A stretch of 56,205 bases of DNA, filler included, from Platydemus manokwari (lineage: Eukaryota): NCBI GenBank assembly GCA_037951405.1. It is 5 parts of 5 records of this genome, joined end to end, with 100 filler letters (N's around TTAATTAATTAA, not from the genome) between each part and the next. Parts side by side here need not be neighbours in the genome. Positions count along the whole stretch, not along the records: positions 30,780 to 40,607 come from JBBMOY011199765.1; positions 40,708 to 56,205 come from JBBMOY011282539.1; 3 more parts are not named here. One strand, given 5' to 3'. Position 1 is the stretch's first letter; the number at the start of each line of letters is the position of its first letter. This document shows, in pieces, positions 39,701 through 51,790 of the stretch. The notes beneath the pieces were generated by a model. It worked only from the letters and a program-made list of their open reading frames with translations. It had not been told where the DNA came from and ran no database searches. Made by a program: the position numbers and the translations under genes.

Positions 39701-40442
39701 GTTAACGAAAAATAAGTAGATCAATTATACTTTTTCAAGATTAATGATGAAAGCAACCTCTAGTAATAACACAAAGATCAAAAATAAAAGAAACCATATT
39801 TATACCAACCCTTAACACTATCATTTGATATTTTACAGCTGAAAATCCTGATTACCACAATGATTTTTCAAACTAATATGAAAAATGTCAACACTGATAG
39901 TCGATAAATTAACCAGACAATAAATTTTACTGATTTACATAATTAGGGACTACGGATAACAATCAATATTTCCAGGACTATACGAAATTAAAATCATTGG
40001 TAAAAATATCATAGCAATTAATACAAAGTATCCCAATATATTTTAAATTTTAGATCACCATTTGCTTAAAATATAATCTTGTTTACCAAATAAGATAAAA
40101 CAATTAAATTTATGGATATATTTTATTACCGTTGATATAATCAATTGAATTATAAAAATAACCAATATTATTTAAACCAGCTTACATCAACATAAAACCT
40201 AATTATAATTATCAATAAATTAATTGCAGTTTAATTAACCGAATTATTTGCTTTTATAATTATATTCCAGGTTATAACGACAAACATTAAATAACAATAA
40301 TTAAATTATTATGCATAATTGACAAATAATTAGAAAAATAAAATAAAATAAAAGCCTTGAATATTTTTATTACGTAACATTGTAAATTTACTTTATGCTT
40401 ATCTCGATAATCGGCTAGTGGATCGTTGGTAGGAAGAGACAT
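33780..40442 (-). CDS. CAT: Monofunctional heme catalase, 11 coding exons, 506 aa
   Basis: Exons 40442-40392, 38494-38320, 37131-37021, 36971-36736, 36553-36428, 36376-36242, 35159-35047, 34993-34761, 34701-34547, 34018-33884 and 33830-33780 (1521 nt, all GT-AG). Contains [17 protein letters not shown] (active-site His), [31 protein letters not shown] and RLFSYDDTH (proximal heme Tyr). Ends NLNCHL* (PTS1-like). Probable 45-nt 5'UTR intron at 40496-40452. Confidence 0.97.
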
Positions 40443-40607
40443 TTCGAAAACCTATAAAAGTTTTTACAACTAATTATATCGTCAAATACAACTTACTTAA
40501 GTTGATTTTCTTTGTTGTGTCACGATTCAACCAATTCAGTTAATTTATATTCATTTTGATGAGTTAAATAATAAAACAATTGTAAATTTATTTAAAAATT
40601 ATGATTT

Positions 40608-40707
40608 NNNNNNNNNNNNNNNNNNNNNNNNNNNNNNNNNNNNNNNNNNNNTTAATTAATTAANNNNNNNNNNNNNNNNNNNNNNNNNNNNNNNNNNNNN
40701 NNNNNNN
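40608..40707. other. Assembly gap with TTAATTAATTAA linker
   Basis: N run + linker + N run. Confidence 0.97.
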
Positions 40708-40787
40708 AAACCTATCATAGTTTTGGCCCTCCAAATTTTAAAAAATCAGCAATGTGGCCCTTTGCTGAAAAAGTTTGGAGACCCTTG
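40708..40787. mobile_element. Terminus of a hAT (Charlie/Buster-like) element
   Basis: TGGCCCTC...GTGGCCCT...AAAAAGTTTGGAGACCCTTG is the reverse complement of the CAGGGGTCTCCAAACT-type hAT TIR with GGCCC sub-terminal motifs; cut off by the gap. Confidence 0.65.
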
Positions 40788-41449
40788 CTTTAACGAATGT
40801 TGATTTCATTTGCAAAAAATAATTGCAATTTATTTGATTTAGTTTTTTATAGAGAATGATTATCTGACTCGTGATCTGTAATAGAATAGAAATCAATAAT
40901 AAAAAAAATATTACTATTTATGTAAATTTTATTTTAAGAAATAAGAATAAGAATTTTAAAAAATGAATAAAATTAAGAATTCAAAATCACAGTAAAATTT
41001 ATGAATTTATAATTCCCAGGTCCAAAGTACCGAACTACAGCAAGTGTATAAGCTGATAGATTTACGTCGCAAATCGCTTTCACAAAATGGTGATTATTAA
41101 TTCGGAATTGCAAGTGAAAACTTTTGAAATAAATAATTTATCAACGATAATAAAAATAAATTTTTGAAAGAAAAAGTTTCTTCAGAAAAATAAACGACTG
41201 GGTAAATTAAATAACTGTTAAATAAAGTTTTTTCTAATTAATTTAGCTGAAAGGGTTAGACTCTTTTTGAACCCCGGTTAACTATATTTTAAATTTAGTA
41301 TATCCAAACTTTTAAGGATATTCGTAGTTACTTGCGTTCATCACAAGATCACTTCACCGATTGGTTTGTAACACAATTAGTTTGAGTCAACTTGTTTGAA
41401 TATTGATAGTAAATATTATAAAAGTAAATATTTGTGTTGATTTCAGTGC

Positions 41450-43260
41450 AAATACTTATTAATTGTCGAACTAAAGCAAATCCTTATATGTACAATAGAA
41501 CGCATGCTGTTGAGTTGTATACAAACATATTTGAACATCAAGAACCCATTAGTATCGACATCAGATTCTTTCCAGTGGAATAATAAATAAATGATCATTC
41601 GAAGATTTTGATCCTTATTTTAGCAACACTCGTCAAAATCGTTGATTTAGTAAATCCTTTTCTATGAGAATGGGTCATCAGATCTTTAATTTTCTTCCTT
41701 CTTATATATTTTAATGTTCCCTCGTTTTTTTGGATCAGCATGAATAATTTGACATTGTTCACACGATAGAAATCCTGAAATAACATCAACCATTGTGTGA
41801 AGCTTACTTTCTCTATATTCAACTAGCATATCGGATATTTGGAACTCTTTTTTTCAAATACAGTACTGTTGAGTAAGATGAAATTCTGCAAAAAGAAAAA
41901 CGAAAATTACACCTTGGAACCCTTGTTTTGGAACTTTGAACATTTGCATGCCTACACAGCCATACAGGCACAGCAATCAGTCAATAACAGTGAAGCTAGA
42001 TGGTGAATTACAATAGGAAAAGGGGGCATACCTACACAAAACACACATATATGAATTGACAAACCCACTCATATATAAACTTAAAAACCCGATAAGAACA
42101 CAGAAAAACAAATATCAAATCAAAATGTGATACAACATGACACAAAAAATACACACAGATCGAGAGTATGAAAAATGATGTAAAGATGGGCATTGCCAGT
42201 GGTAATCCAGGTTTGGGTTAAGACTTTGTAGTTCGTGTATTGATTAATGCATCTTGTATCGGAGTCAGTTGTTTATTATTAATAAATAGCTAACAGTACC
42301 GACTTTATTAATTACTTTAATTCCTGGTAATCTATTCTATTAATAAACTGTGTTCCGATGATGTAGTGTTAATAACTCATTTCTAGTTACACATTATTAA
42401 CTCTGAATTTTCATCAATGATTTCGAAACATAATAAATGACTCTTTCTTCACCATTTTGAATTTATGAGAATAAAAAGCTAATTGCATTACGAACCATGT
42501 GTGTGTTTGGACTAATTTTCCGTTTTAACTCGAAGTGATAACACTAATCCTTTAATTACCAAGCCTTTTGGAACGTATTTTTATATCTTCAGACCAAATG
42601 AATTTATTATGATTTTCTCTGATAAACCCGAAAATCCTTGTATGAATCCGCCATAAAAGTTACAAAAACTGAGAAATACATGTAATTCTTTTTTGCATCT
42701 AGGTAGGCATCATTGGCAAACACTTTCAATTTTATCTGAATCCATTGACACTCCTTTTACATTAATTATGTGATTTGAGTGTCTGATTTCCTTTTTCCAA
42801 TAAATGAAATTTTGCAAAAGATAGTTTGAGAATTGATAATATCCACCAGACAGATCCAATTACGAAAAATAAATAGCTGCTAACAAAATGGGACAAATCG
42901 GCACCCCTATTTTGATATTCAATGCTTGATAATAAAACGCACATTTTGTTGCAAGCATTTCTCTTTTTAAATGCTACTACAAAAATTCCAAGGAGAATCA
43001 CTAGATTGAACAACACCAGCTTTTATTTAATCATATGATATTAAGTAGACAACTTTAAGCTAACCCAAATGCATTACGCTCATGTTTATAGAACAACCGC
43101 ATATAGTTTACTGTTTCTATATTATCTTCAATAATATTGTTTTGCCTACATCCATCTTAAATTGACTTAATTTATAGCTATAATATCTTGAATATCCTTT
43201 GGTTCATCACTATTATCTAATGATTTTCTAATTTTTTAAAAATAAACTCAGACGTTTTGA
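41450..43260 (-). mobile_element. Decayed Ty3/Gypsy pol remnant (RT-RNase H-integrase), interrupted by a ~350-bp insertion
   Basis: Minus strand, in order: LKLSFAKF (RT end), GVSMDSDKIESVCQ*CLPRCKKELHVFLSFCNFYGGFIQGFS (RT/RH linker), QNGEERVIYYVSKSL...CVTRNELL (RNase H), then KIKDLMTHSH...AKIR (integrase Zn-binding region). Confidence 0.8.
41870..42225 (+). repeat. ~350-bp dispersed repeat, copy 1
   Basis: GAAAAACGAAAATTACACCTT...CATTTGCATGCCTACACAGCCATACAGGCA...AAAATGTGATA...TGATGTAAAGAT is colinear with the reverse complement of 50465-50825. Confidence 0.85.
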
Positions 43261-45101
43261 ACTCTTCATCTTATTCAGACCGCTTACTGCTAATAATAAT
43301 AATAAAGTAATAATAATCACCATACGCTTTAACATTTTCCATACATGCCATACATCGCCTAGTTCAATTGCTATGATTCTAATGATAAAAAATTAAATTC
43401 AGTTCGTTGTTTACTGTGTGCCTTCATACTAAGTTATTCCCACACGTAATTCATCGGTTCCAGATAACATTATTATGAGTGGTGTGGTATTTGACAGAAT
43501 GATATTGTTTTTCTTCTGTCTTACTTTGCTATTATTTTTATTTCGAAATCGTTCATGTTTAGGCATGGAAAATGCAACATACCATATTAGGTATTCAATT
43601 TTTTCTCATTTTGATGATTATGTTCTCCTGACTTTTTGTGTACTTTAATGGGCTTTACCGATAATAATTATTTTTTATCTTTATTATTATAATTAATAAT
43701 AAAAGTAATTATTATTTTATCTATTCGTTTTAATATTTACTCATTTATTTCACAAATTGATATTTTTACTTATATATTGACTTTTATTTTTATTTGTCAA
43801 TTGTTGTCATAATATGTACTCTTTGGATTTTTTCATATTTTGTTACTTTCGGGGTTATATATGGCTTTTTTATTATTACTATTGTAAATTTCTATTACAG
43901 TCCACCACTTAATCAATCTCTAAAATTTTGATGAACTACTGGTAGTACTAAACCATAAGGTTTGATTTTCATTTGCCTCGATTGTTTTTAATAATTAATT
44001 GAAGACATGATGATCACCACTGAACAATATATCCATCAAATATAGATTATTTAATCATTATAATTTTTGATGGAATTTTATGTTAGTTATATTTATTATT
44101 TCGTATTTAGACATTATTAAATAAAATAAATTTTTATTTTATTTTAATTATTATTCCCTTGTAATATCAGATATTTTAAATTCCAGGAAAATGTTAAACT
44201 AAAATTAAAATTATTATTAATATTTTAGAAAATTTGAATCGATACTATAATTGTACTTTTAACATATGAAAATAATCTCAATAAAAATTATCGAATCAAA
44301 TACTCAAGTACAGTTTCATAGATCATTATTATCAGAATTATTAAAAAATTGATATTGTAAAAAAATTCACATTCGTGCCAAACTAATAGAACAAAATATG
44401 AAAATTTAAAACTGCATAACAATTTGAATGGTCAACGCATGTCAGTTTATTATCAGCCATCATAGTTATATATCGGAGTTTTATTTGTCATCTACTTACT
44501 CTAGTCATGCATAGTTGTTGGATTTTTTTACTGGATTAATATTTGTGGGAATTTAATTGTTTTAGAATTCACAGTTCATGAATTGGACTGTTGATGTAAT
44601 TATTATTTTTATTAATTTGAATATTCCGTATTGCGAGTTTGACTTGGGATAATTTTGAGAATACATTTAGTTTAGCATATTATAACTATACAGATATAAT
44701 TTGAGCACCTTATTTGAAATTTGAGATTAGTGTATCATGTTGTTTGGATGTTATATATTTGGGATATTGTATAGCGCTGAATTTGGAATATTATGATTGT
44801 GCTTTTCTGTTTGTGCGGGCTGTATCCCTAACAGAACTTATTAGAAAAAAGTGATAAAATGATGAATAGGTTGAAGAATTTGACTCTCAATTTACATATA
44901 AAAATGGTATAAAAATATAATTAAGTTCTTCAAAAAAAAATTGTGTCTATAAATGATTCACAAACAATTTTTCAAAATGCTTTTGGATGACACATGAAAT
45001 ACGATATATTTAGTTCTATATAAAATGTAATATAACTTATATTTTAATGTATTAGTACTAATAAGATTTTTAATTAATTTTAAACTAGTTTTTGTTTTAA
45101 T

Positions 45102-46619
45102 ATGTTCCTTAAAGTGTTAAATTTAAAGATTTTATTAAATTTATATGGTAAAATAAATTGTCGAACTTATAGTATAGAAATGTTTAAAATATTTGAAAAA
45201 TCAGAAAATAAATATTTCAAAAAACTATGGACTGATGAGCTTAATCAATTGATAACTTTGTTCAACGAGCACAATTTTAAAATCAGAATAGCTGGTGGAG
45301 CTGTCAGAGATCTCTTAATGAATATAGAACCACATGATGTAGACTTTGCTACTGATGCTACACCAACTGAAATGAAAGATATGTTTAATAAACATAATAT
45401 AAGAATCATTAATGCCAATGGTGAGTCTCATGGTACAATTACTCCTAGAATCAATGATAAAGTATTCGATTTTGTGAATTATGTTGATGATATTAATATT
45501 TTTAGGAAAATTTCGAAATAACTACATTGAGAATTGATAAAGTCACCGATGGTCGTAGGGCTGAAGTAGAATTTACGAAAGATTGGTATATTGATGCATC
45601 TCGAAGAGATCTAACGATTAATGCAATGTTTCTTGATCAAGAGGGAAATGTTTATGATTATTTCAATGGTTATGATGATATTAAAAATTGCATTGTTCGA
45701 TTTGTTGGTGATCCTACTAAGAGAATTCAAGAAGATTATTTGCGGATCTTACGATATTTCCGATTTTATGGTCGCATTGCCAACAATCCAAATGATCATT
45801 TGGAAGAAACGATAAAAGTTGGTTAAAATTGCTCTTGTGTCATATAAATTGACAAATAATAGAAAATCCATCAAAATGCCGACGGACTAAAGAATATCAG
45901 TGGTGAAAGAATTTGGATGGAAATGAAGAAAATCATCTCCGGAAATTTCGCTCCAGATATTCTGGCCAAAATGAATGAATGTGATATTCTTTCTCATCTG
46001 GGATTGCCAACGAACCCGTGTTTGTCAGAACTGAAAGCTCGACATGAAATTTTAAAACGAAACAATGCCAATCCGGCTACATTCTTGTCGACGATTTTCC
46101 GTGATGAAATCGAATTAAATCAAGCCATGACGAGAATGAAATTGTCGAAAGATGAATTCGTTTTGGCATATTTTCTGTTGACAAACAGAGACAAATTATC
46201 ACCACTGATCCTTTCCGACGATTCGGAGAAGATTTTATCTCATTTCCAAGATCAATTCGTGATGCATACTGGAGAACCGCCATTGATGAAATTGAAGACA
46301 TGTTTCCACGAATATTTCAAATATGTCGATCGGTTGGATATTTGGATGCAATTCGATAGCTGGAAGCCGCCTCGATTTCCGATCAATGGTTTCGTGTTGA
46401 GTGAAAAATGGGAAATCAAAGGTAGATTATTTATTATTGATTTGATGGCGATTTGAAAGGGTCTGAACGATCGATTTAGGCAAGAAACTCGGGAAAGCCA
46501 TGTCGTTCTTGAAACAGAAATGGTTCGAATCCAATTATACTGCCCACATTGAAGATTTGGTCGACAACGAATCATATCGTCTGGAATTTATGAAGGGCGG
46601 GGGCGAGTCACAGAAATGA
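45102..46619 (+). CDS. TRNT1: CCA tRNA nucleotidyltransferase 1 (class II CCA-adding enzyme), 456 aa
   Basis: Exons 45102-45461, 45506-45817, 45863-46421 and 46480-46619 (introns of 44, 45 and 58 nt, GT-AG). Motifs [17 protein letters not shown] (catalytic DxD), [42 protein letters not shown] and W.ES.Y. Confidence 0.95.
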
Positions 46620-47196
46620 TCGAGCTAATAAATCACTTGTTTGAAATATTATTGTTGATGAGATTTTATTGATTGTCATTGATTTGATTCTCCACAGATT
46701 AGCAATCAGTTTTATGTCGACCAATAGAGCTGAAGTTGCCAGTTTGATCACGTGATTCCAGTGTGGATATCTTTTTGTTAATTTTGTGATTTTTATTATT
46801 TATTTCATATCAAATATGGTAAAGAGCAAATCAGTGCCGGTGCACATCATTCAATGATTATTGCGTTTACTTTTTCACTGGGGGATTGAGGGGGCTTAAT
46901 TATGACTTCGTATCGATTATGTTTTCATTAGGAATTCGTAAATTTAGAGATTGCGCATTTTCGAATCATTTAAACAAATACCGTATCAGTTCGAATAAGC
47001 TTTAGCGATAAATATTGAAAAATAATAGGTGAAAATCAATTTATCGATAAAAAAAATTTACTATTATTTTATTTTAATTTTATTTTTGTGTCACAGATAA
47101 AATACGGCTTGATTATTATTATTATTAACTTAATGAATTGGGTTCATTTGTTCCATTTATCGATATTTATTTCTCACTGACAATTTTCGCTTTTAT

Positions 47197-48745
47197 TATC
47201 GTGGCTTTCCTTTTGTAAGCGGCTGCTTATATTATTTTCCTACGAAAAAGTGGGGTGCTGCTTATATTTTTTTTACCGATTACTGAAAAAATCATTAAGT
47301 ATTTTTATTATAATATTTCAAATGTTTTTATTATAATATTTCAAAAAAATACAGGCATTTTAATCAAACACAGTTAACTCGTTCTCTTCTGCGACATCTT
47401 CAAAAAAACAAGATTTTGAACACAATTAATTAAGTGGTCCTAATCTCTCATTTTTTGCTATGAAGCTTTTTTCAAATGAAGCCATATCTTAAGATATGCA
47501 GCCATCATAGGTTTTTGACAAAGTTATCATTAATTTTAGCCCAGGCATGACTAATCCACTTGAATAATTATAGTAGATTCGGTTTTCCAAAGTTTCTTTT
47601 TTCATTTCTCATCATTCTCTTCTCAATATACTTATTGATTTCTAATATAAGATTGTCTTTAAATGACTTATTTATCACAAAATTTAAACTTTGAAGATAC
47701 CATGTCATTCTAGCCGGTATCATTATTTGATCAACGCCTCTCACTTTAAGAAAATTCTTCATTTCATTGGGTCGATGAGTGCTGGCTGAATCCCATAAAA
47801 GTAAACCTCTTCTATTGTCTCTCAAAACCATTGGCAACATTAAGTGAATTTATTTTCTAATTGCTGCTTGGGTACTCCATGCCTTTTCTTTTTCCAGAAT
47901 GTACACACCAGACAACTGCTCAATTTTATTTTTCTTTCCTTTAATAATAATAAAAGACGCTGGCTGTTTTCAATCCAAACGAAGTGTAAGAATACAGGTA
48001 GCCATCTGGTTTTCATAATCTGTTGAGGGAATATGGATTAATGATGTCCCACCAATGTCTACAGTTGTCTGCGAATCTTGTCCCATAAATACAGATGTCT
48101 CATCCATTGCAATCATATACGATAATTGGTATTCCAGAAAATCAATAGTATCAACAAATTTCTTATACGTTATTGCTTTCAAAACAATTTAATTATTCTC
48201 TAATTTGAAAAGAGAGTTTCCCTTTCGATGTGATAATTCATTACGAAGTAAAAACCTGTCAAGCCAGTGCGTTCAGGCTTTAAAATTCAACATTTCATTT
48301 TTGAAAGCCAAATCTACTGCAAAATTTTGAATGTCACATCTTCTAACGATTAATCCTCTTGGTCTCCGGTCAATGATCCAATCATTTATGGTATTTTCCA
48401 ATTCATTTATTACTGGCGTTCTTCCCGTCCCAACATATAAGCAAATCTCCATCTTTGAACCATCTTTATGATAAGGTTCTTTTCCTTGCAGACAATGGTT
48501 AGGTTCTTGTCTCTAGACTCTTCTACTATCTAATTCTTATATTCAACGGTGTAACTTTTTCTGGATTCAGCCATTTATGATGGGAGAATTATATTCATTT
48601 AAAAGCCTTTCAAAATTTGAAAGATTGATTTAATAAATTATTTATTGATATGTATGCATGCATAATAATTGCATATTTATAGTTTTTATTTATATTTAAT
48701 ACCTCTTATATTTGGGATATCGCTCATAATAGGAAAAACACGGTA
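47197..48745 (-). mobile_element. Full-length but decayed pogo/Tigger-family DNA transposon (HTH CENP-B + DDE_1)
   Basis: 25-bp TIRs TATCGTGGCTTTCCTTTTGTAAGCG versus the reverse complement TACCGTGTTTTTCCTATTATGAGCG (19/25 identical). Transposase starts MAESRKSYTVEYK at 48574, then WLDRFLLR, IAMDETSVF, LLLWDSASTH and IPARMTWYLQSLNFVINKSFK; multiple stops and frameshifts. Confidence 0.92.
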
Positions 48746-50464
48746 TATTTTACAATGATATAACATTTCCAATGGAATCATCATACTCTCCTACATTTCG
48801 ATACAGGTAAAATTGCCATTTATTAAACGTATTTTGTCTTCAATTAATTTTTGAATATTCTCATGTGCCAAACAAATACATTTGTTCTTTCAATCGTTCC
48901 CAGTACACTAAAAATTGTTAAATTTTTTCAGGTTTCATTGCATATTAAAATATGAAACAGTTGTGTGAATCAAGTCATTAAAAGTTTCTAATTTATGTTA
49001 AAACCATTTATATAAGTATTGAAATGAAGTAATGTTCAAAATAAAATGCGGTTTATGCAATTATCTCAGATAATCAGATCGAATTTTCTCTCACAAATCG
49101 CGCTATTCATTTTCATTTCATGTCTATATTGGATGATTAGATCTCACTTGTTTCAGATCAAGTCTTTGTTAATTTTGTATCGAGGTGCAGTTGAATACCC
49201 TGATTGTTAAAATTTATAGATATAATGAAGACAATAAATAAGAAACAAAATATTTTAAATTCGAAAATGATATATTAATACGAGAGCAGAATTAATAATA
49301 ATTATCCATACTTATTCATCAAGAAGTTAGCTTTCAGTGAACTCGCCTACTGTGCCAAAAACTCAACCTTTGCATCTAGAAAAATGGGATGAGCTTGGTT
49401 TAATTGTAAGAAAAATTATAGAAATTTCCAACAACGCCGTTTGCATCGCCTTGGAGGAAATATTGATTTAAAAAAACTACGATCACTCGAATTCATTTTG
49501 CCCTTAAATATAAATGAAATTTTCTCAAAATAAATCCGAAACAATAGATATAAATTAAACTTATCAAATTCAACTTCCAAAAATTCAAATTAATAAATTT
49601 TTATGCTTCAAAATTCAGTCCTTCATTTTCAGTGCAATGTTTCAATTCCGATAAAAAGAAATCATGAGTATAGTTTTCTCACTTTGTTAGCCACGTATTT
49701 TTTGTTTTGGCTTTCTTTGTGTTCTTTATTTGAGTGTCTTTTAATAATGTGGAGTTTGTTAATCAAGCTATTGTTCTTTATATTATTGCTGCAGATTTTA
49801 TCGGTTAACCCGTACTTTTATCCGAACAAACCTTTTAGTTTTTTTGTTTTTTGTAATGCCATGTTTGTGCATATTTCATGGCCATACAAAACCGTCTATT
49901 TGCTTAGTTAGAAAATTATTTTTTATTTTCAAAAAATTTCCGTTAAATTTTTATTTTATAATATATTATTTTATGCACATATCTAGCAAATATCTTCACA
50001 GGGTCTCTCGTTTATTTATGTAGGAATTCATTATTGTTATATTCTCTTAAAGTAATTTAATAATTGTTGTTAACCAGTCATAGATTTATTTTCTGTGTTG
50101 ATGACCATTTCTTTTAATTTTGCATGGTTTTAATGGATTGTAAGGATTAATTTGGATTCGAGGACAGCGTCTCCTAATTTTCCTCTCAGTAGTATTTATT
50201 TGTATAAATATTTCGATTCATTGTCTAACAGAACTCTGAAAATTTCAGTTTGTGACGAGATCGCTCCTATAAACATCTGACAGGCATTTAACCTAAACAG
50301 AATAAAATTATGTAATTTGATCATAACATAATTTACGGTTTTACATTATCTTGGTACTGAATTCTGGATAACCAAATAATTTCTGACACCAAAATCAAAA
50401 GTTGCAAGATTTATTTTTATTACACATACTAAACAGTAAGACACTAAAACTCAATACAGTATCT

Positions 50465-50825
50465 CAACGGGCAACCAAAACTTGGCTTCAAACTGGTAGT
50501 TGACAATCTTTACATCAATATTTATACCAGAAATCAGTGTGCAATTTTTGTATCACGTTTTTATCACATTTTCATTTAATTTTTAAGTTTTCATGTTTCT
50601 ATTGAAATTGTTGTTTTTGTGTATGCAGGATTGGTCAATCCCTACGTGTGTGTTGCTGTGTGACTATTTCCCATATTTAAATTATTGTTTTCCATCCAAG
50701 TAAATTGTGATTGGTTCATTGCCATGCCTGTATGGTTGTGAAGGCATGCAAATGCTTAAAGTGCTAAAACAATGATTCGAAGGTGCAAATTCGTTTTTCT
50801 TTCGCAAGATTCCGTCTCTACTCAC
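50465..50825 (-). repeat. ~350-bp dispersed repeat, copy 2 (inverted relative to copy 1)
   Basis: Reverse complement reads GAAAAACGAATTTGCACCTT...CATTTGCATGCCTTCACAACCATACAGGCA..., matching 41870-42225. A short related piece (CAAACTTGGCTTTCAACTG) lies at ~52160. Confidence 0.85.
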
Positions 50826-51619
50826 CAATTCAAAGAAAGGAAGGTCAGTAATGATATCATTTCCCTACTAATCAAATGATGCCATTGAATTATTCTTATA
50901 AATATTAGTCAATATAAAATAATAATAATATTCTAATATTGACAAGAAATGTTGAGGAGACCACTGGTATTCTAATTTAAGTTTGTACTCGTTTAGAGAC
51001 GCTCAACTATAATTCTCTGATAGAGACTGAATAATCAGTAGAAGATGTTAGCACCGACCATGATAAAAATTGAGTAGAAAGAAAATAGGTTTTGTAAATC
51101 GATAGCGAATATTCAAAAAAACTTTTTCCAACAGATCAATCCTTTTGCAAAGCATTATCAGGAAAGCATTGAAATAAAATCCACTCATTTAGAAGTTCGG
51201 CTAGATTATGTAAATGAAAATAAATAATTTGTTTTTGAATGCTTCTGTGTTTTATGAATTTATCTGCAAAGGTTTATTCTGTTACTAGTTTCTTGTGCTC
51301 CTAAAGTTTTGATGTAACTGTTGCTGGTGTTGTTACCTTGATACCACTATTGAGTTTGTATTTGTTTTATGTTATTTATATTTCTTTATTTTTCTCGTGG
51401 TTCTTGATTCCACGTTGCTCTGGTTCCTTGTTTTTCTGCTAAGATAAATACTATATTATTTATTTTTAGGATTATCAAATTTTACCTTTTCCATTCCATA
51501 ATTTCAAAGAATGGACAATAAGATTGGCTCTATTTCAACACACTGAATATTTTGTTTTTCATTTTAATGAAATATTACGTAATGAATTTTATTACGCGCT
51601 CAATTGAACTATTTTATAC

Positions 51620-51790
51620 TATTTTTAGTCACCCCACGACGTTACCGAACACAAGATTATTGCACATGAAAATTACATCTCAAAAAATCCTGTTGAAGAA
51701 AATCATCAAATTGTAAAAATTTTTAACTGGTGAACTAGCCATAATGTCATGGAATTGGTAACATATTGTACAGTGGCTTGTATTGTTCTC
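51620..51790 (+). mobile_element. Gypsy integrase zinc-binding fragment (decayed)
   Basis: VTPRRYR / KIIAHE (frameshifted) followed by NVMELVTYCTVAC resembles VVP...R..IL..AH...DV...V..C..C. Confidence 0.4.

Noticed and set aside
42762-43016. piggyBac-like reading of EYQNRGADLS...WW
   Set aside because: Motif order is wrong for piggyBac; the flanking sequence fits Gypsy RT, linker and RNase H continuously.
46077-46575. Minus-strand ORFs overlapping TRNT1, and an alternative acceptor at 46459
   Set aside because: The ORFs are antisense shadows. The alternative acceptor hits TAG within a few codons, whereas 46479 restores the conserved C-terminus.
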